From NCBI GenBank assembly GCA_964448115.1, contig CAYUVA010000014.1, forward strand, positions 1 to 64,000: DNA of 64,000 nucleotides, read 5' to 3'. Positions 61,531 through 64,000 of the stretch are shown here, piece after piece; position 1 is the first letter of the stretch; each line of letters starts with the position of its first letter. The stretch comes from an uncultured bacterium. GTDB lineage: Bacteria > CAYUVA01. Made by a program: the position numbers and the translations under genes. Below the pieces are notes generated by a model that was not told the origin of the DNA, made no database searches, and worked only from the letters and a program-made list of their open reading frames with translations.

Positions 61531-62040
61531 ATGATGCCAAAGGAAAAGAAACAGACCTACCTGCTGGTAGCGGGCACTGTTATAATCGCCTTCTTTATGA
61601 TCTGGATAAACACCTATATCAGGCAGTCCAAGCAGTTCAAGCTGGGTGAGAAATACTATCAATCCGAGGATTACTCTCGCGCAATAACCGCTTATGAAAG
61701 CGCCCTGCACATGTACACCCCCTTCAGCAGCAAGATAGAAAAATCAGCGCAGAAGCTGTGGGATATAGGGCAGATGTTCGAGCGCAAGAACAATATCGAT
61801 ATGGCTTTGATCGCCTACCGTTCCTTACGATCAAGCTTCTATGCGGTGCGCTGGCTGGTTACTCCCGGACAGGAATGGATAAAAAGATGCGAGGATAAGA
61901 TCGACCAGTTGGTGAAGAAGCAGGCTGAGGAAGAGGAGAGGCTGAAAGAAGAGCTGCGCATGGAAGAGCTGCAAGAGAGCCAAGAAGATACCGAGCAGCA
62001 AAAAGAAACCGAGCAATCCTCATCGCTGACTGATAAGTGA
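61531..62040 (+). CDS. Membrane-anchored TPR-like protein with acidic coiled tail
   Basis: N-terminal TM; GEKYY..DYSRAITAYESAL; ALIAYRSLRSSFYA; Glu-rich tail. Confidence 0.6.
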   Translation: MMPKEKKQTYLLVAGTVIIAFFMIWINTYIRQSKQFKLGEKYYQSEDYSRAITAYESALHMYTPFSSKIEKSAQKLWDIGQMFERKNNIDMALIAYRSLRSSFYAVRWLVTPGQEWIKRCEDKIDQLVKKQAEEEERLKEELRMEELQESQEDTEQQKETEQSSSLTDK

Positions 62041-62081
62041 TCGCCTGGCAAATCTTACCCGCTATCGCAATGCATTAGCTA

Positions 62082-63359
62082 ATGATAAGATCCCTGCTTG
62101 TATCGACTGTAATATTACTTTTCGCCCCTTCAATAGTTTATGCCGATATATTACCCGCCGAGGCAAGGCGTATCCTGGGCGCTGACCTGATACATCTGCA
62201 AGGCTATGAATTGAGCCGCAAGTATCTTTACAACCGCGATATCTTCAGGGTATCGGTCGAGCTGGGAGGCTTCAAGATAGGCGAAGAGCCACATTATTGC
62301 TATCTGAGTCTCAGTGGCGCCGATGATAAGCTGCAGATCAAGCAACGGATAACCTGGGATCATGAAAGCAGCCAGGGCTTATTATTTAGCAAGGAGAATT
62401 TCATCATAACCATCCCTGAACACTTCCAGGAGGGGACTTATAATATATACCTGGGCATCTCTGGCAGCGATGAGAATAAAAGACCAACCCACGCCATAGT
62501 CATTGACCAGGTCATCATACATACTAAAAGCGGGTTGCTCGAATCGGGACGCTTCAATCTCGCAAATGGAAATTGCGAACTAGCGCTAAGAGGGATACTG
62601 GGATTCGCAGACATAAGTGAAGCGCGGGATAGCCAGATCCTGTATAAGCTGGCAAGAGACCTGCGAGAGAAAGATCGCCGCTGTGGAGATGATGTGCATT
62701 GCATCGCCTCCTTATTAGAGGGGATTAGCGAATACCATAAAGGCAATTACGAGCCTGCAATATCCATGCTCAAAAAGGCTGGTGAATCAGGTTATGCTGA
62801 AAAGATCCCCTGCCTGGAATACTGGCTTGGCTTGGCGCTTTTGAAAAAAGGCGATATGTTGTTAGCTGTAAGACATCTGCGCAAGGCATTGCGCCGGCGT
62901 GCAATGGACATGCGGATCTACCATGCCCTGCACAGTTGCCTGATCGAGCTGGGGGAAGTGGAAGAAGCCAACTCGCTACTCAACAAGGCTTATGTAAGGT
63001 GCAGCCGAAGCTATCTCCCCTCGATGTTACTGGGAGCTGAAAGGGGTCTCCTGGAAAGGACTGGTACAGCCTTTATCGATCTCCCTCTAATGAGCGGCGA
63101 GGTTCAGATCGAGGTCATCGCAAGCGGAAGTTTATTAGCCGGCGAATGGCCGAAGATGACCTTTTACCTGGAGGGAAGCCCCAAGGCCCACTATCTGGTC
63201 GCCTCTGAGCAACCGCTTCGCTATGTACACTCGGTTATGGTAGAAAGATCTGGCGTGCATCGCCTTTTCATCAGCCTAGACAATGGCTTAAAAAAAGGCG
63301 AGCTATATAGAAGCATAAAGATACTGGGGATTAATATAAAACAGGGTGCTGCATCTTAA
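62082..63359 (+). CDS. Secreted TPR-containing protein
   Basis: Signal peptide; GISEYHKGNYEPAISMLKKA, YWLGLALLKKGDMLLAVRHLRKAL. Confidence 0.6.
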   Translation: MIRSLLVSTVILLFAPSIVYADILPAEARRILGADLIHLQGYELSRKYLYNRDIFRVSVELGGFKIGEEPHYCYLSLSGADDKLQIKQRITWDHESSQGLLFSKENFIITIPEHFQEGTYNIYLGISGSDENKRPTHAIVIDQVIIHTKSGLLESGRFNLANGNCELALRGILGFADISEARDSQILYKLARDLREKDRRCGDDVHCIASLLEGISEYHKGNYEPAISMLKKAGESGYAEKIPCLEYWLGLALLKKGDMLLAVRHLRKALRRRAMDMRIYHALHSCLIELGEVEEANSLLNKAYVRCSRSYLPSMLLGAERGLLERTGTAFIDLPLMSGEVQIEVIASGSLLAGEWPKMTFYLEGSPKAHYLVASEQPLRYVHSVMVERSGVHRLFISLDNGLKKGELYRSIKILGINIKQGAAS

Positions 63360-63410
63360 GTTGAATAATGGTATAAATAAGTATGTTAGGTATTGCGATA
63401 AAAAATCGTC

Positions 63411-63439
63411 TTGACAAACCAGGTAGGCTTTGTTACCTT
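63411..63439 (+). promoter_or_regulatory. Putative sigma70 promoter of the pilM operon
   Basis: TTGACA (63411), 17 nt, TACCTT with an extended -10 TG. Confidence 0.5.
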
Positions 63440-63506
63440 TCAGCAAGGTAATTAGTGATTATAATTAGCAGTAATATCGAACAACCTTAAGGATAGGGAT
63501 AGTTGG

Positions 63507-64000
63507 ATGCCACTGTTGGGGAGTCGGCAGATACTAGGTCTTGACATCGGGTCCTCCTCTGTAAAAGCGATGGTGCTCAGAGGGGGCAAGGGTGGATATA
63601 CCATGCAAAGCTTTGGTATCGAGCACCTTCCTCCGGAGGTTATTGTCGATCAAGAGATCATGGACAGCACGGTCATCGTGGAAGCGATCCAGAAGATCCT
63701 CAAAACCCAAAAGATCAAGCTAAAAGATGTGGCAACCTCGCTTTCTGGGCATTCGGTCATAGTTAAGAAGATCCCCCTGCCCAAGATGAGCGCCGAGGAG
63801 CTTGCCGAGTCGATCCAATGGGAAGCAGAGCAGTACATACCCTTCGATATTGAGGAGGTGAACCTGGACTTCCAGATCCTGGAGGATATCGAGGGCGAGG
63901 ATGCAACCAACATGAATGTTGTCATCGTTGCCGTCAAGAAGAACAAGATCGATGATATAGTGAACCTTCTGACCCAGGCTAACCTCAATCCAGCCGTGGT
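63507..64000 (+). CDS. pilM: Type IV pilus assembly protein PilM (partial, runs off the window; missing from the ORF track)
   Basis: MPLLGSRQILGLDIGSSSVKA...SLSGHSVIVKKI.LP...WEAEQYIPFDIEEVNLDFQIL. Confidence 0.92.
   Translation, partial: MPLLGSRQILGLDIGSSSVKAMVLRGGKGGYTMQSFGIEHLPPEVIVDQEIMDSTVIVEAIQKILKTQKIKLKDVATSLSGHSVIVKKIPLPKMSAEELAESIQWEAEQYIPFDIEEVNLDFQILEDIEGEDATNMNVVIVAVKKNKIDDIVNLLTQANLNPAV

Noticed and set aside
63650-63988. 112-aa minus-strand ORF
   Set aside because: Antisense shadow of pilM

Overview
Diderm bacterial chromosome segment of about 50% GC by eye, with AT-rich patches and probably from an uncultured lineage. Housekeeping genes are lon, msbA-like, purE, a murF-alr fusion, ileS, smpB and a partial pilM. 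They are interspersed with cell-surface genes: a >3400-aa PKD-repeat giant protein running off the left edge, wzm/wzt, two GT-C glycosyltransferases, a TonB-dependent receptor and four secreted modular proteins. Main observations: (1) one ~105-aa module (P-x-I/V-x-x-A/G-GY...DDG..GD....D..Y/F...LL...A.D..G..S..WPYL) occurs six times in those four otherwise unrelated secreted proteins and looks like a lineage-specific surface anchoring or sorting domain; (2) two ORFs in the track (51432-51620 and 51768-52859) are very likely one selenoprotein, with a PCG-UGA motif, a candidate SECIS, a degenerate UshA-like domain and four CxxCH hemes; (3) a tRNA-Arg(UCU) is cut off at the T-arm and joined to a headless oxidoreductase fragment; (4) a tandem alkaline-phosphatase-superfamily pair is followed by a small RHH-like protein ending in LKGLGYLG; (5) several dispersed intergenic repeat families are present, one possibly embedded in a CDS. 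No rRNA, CRISPR array, integrase or transposase was recognised. All family calls come from motif recognition without database searches.
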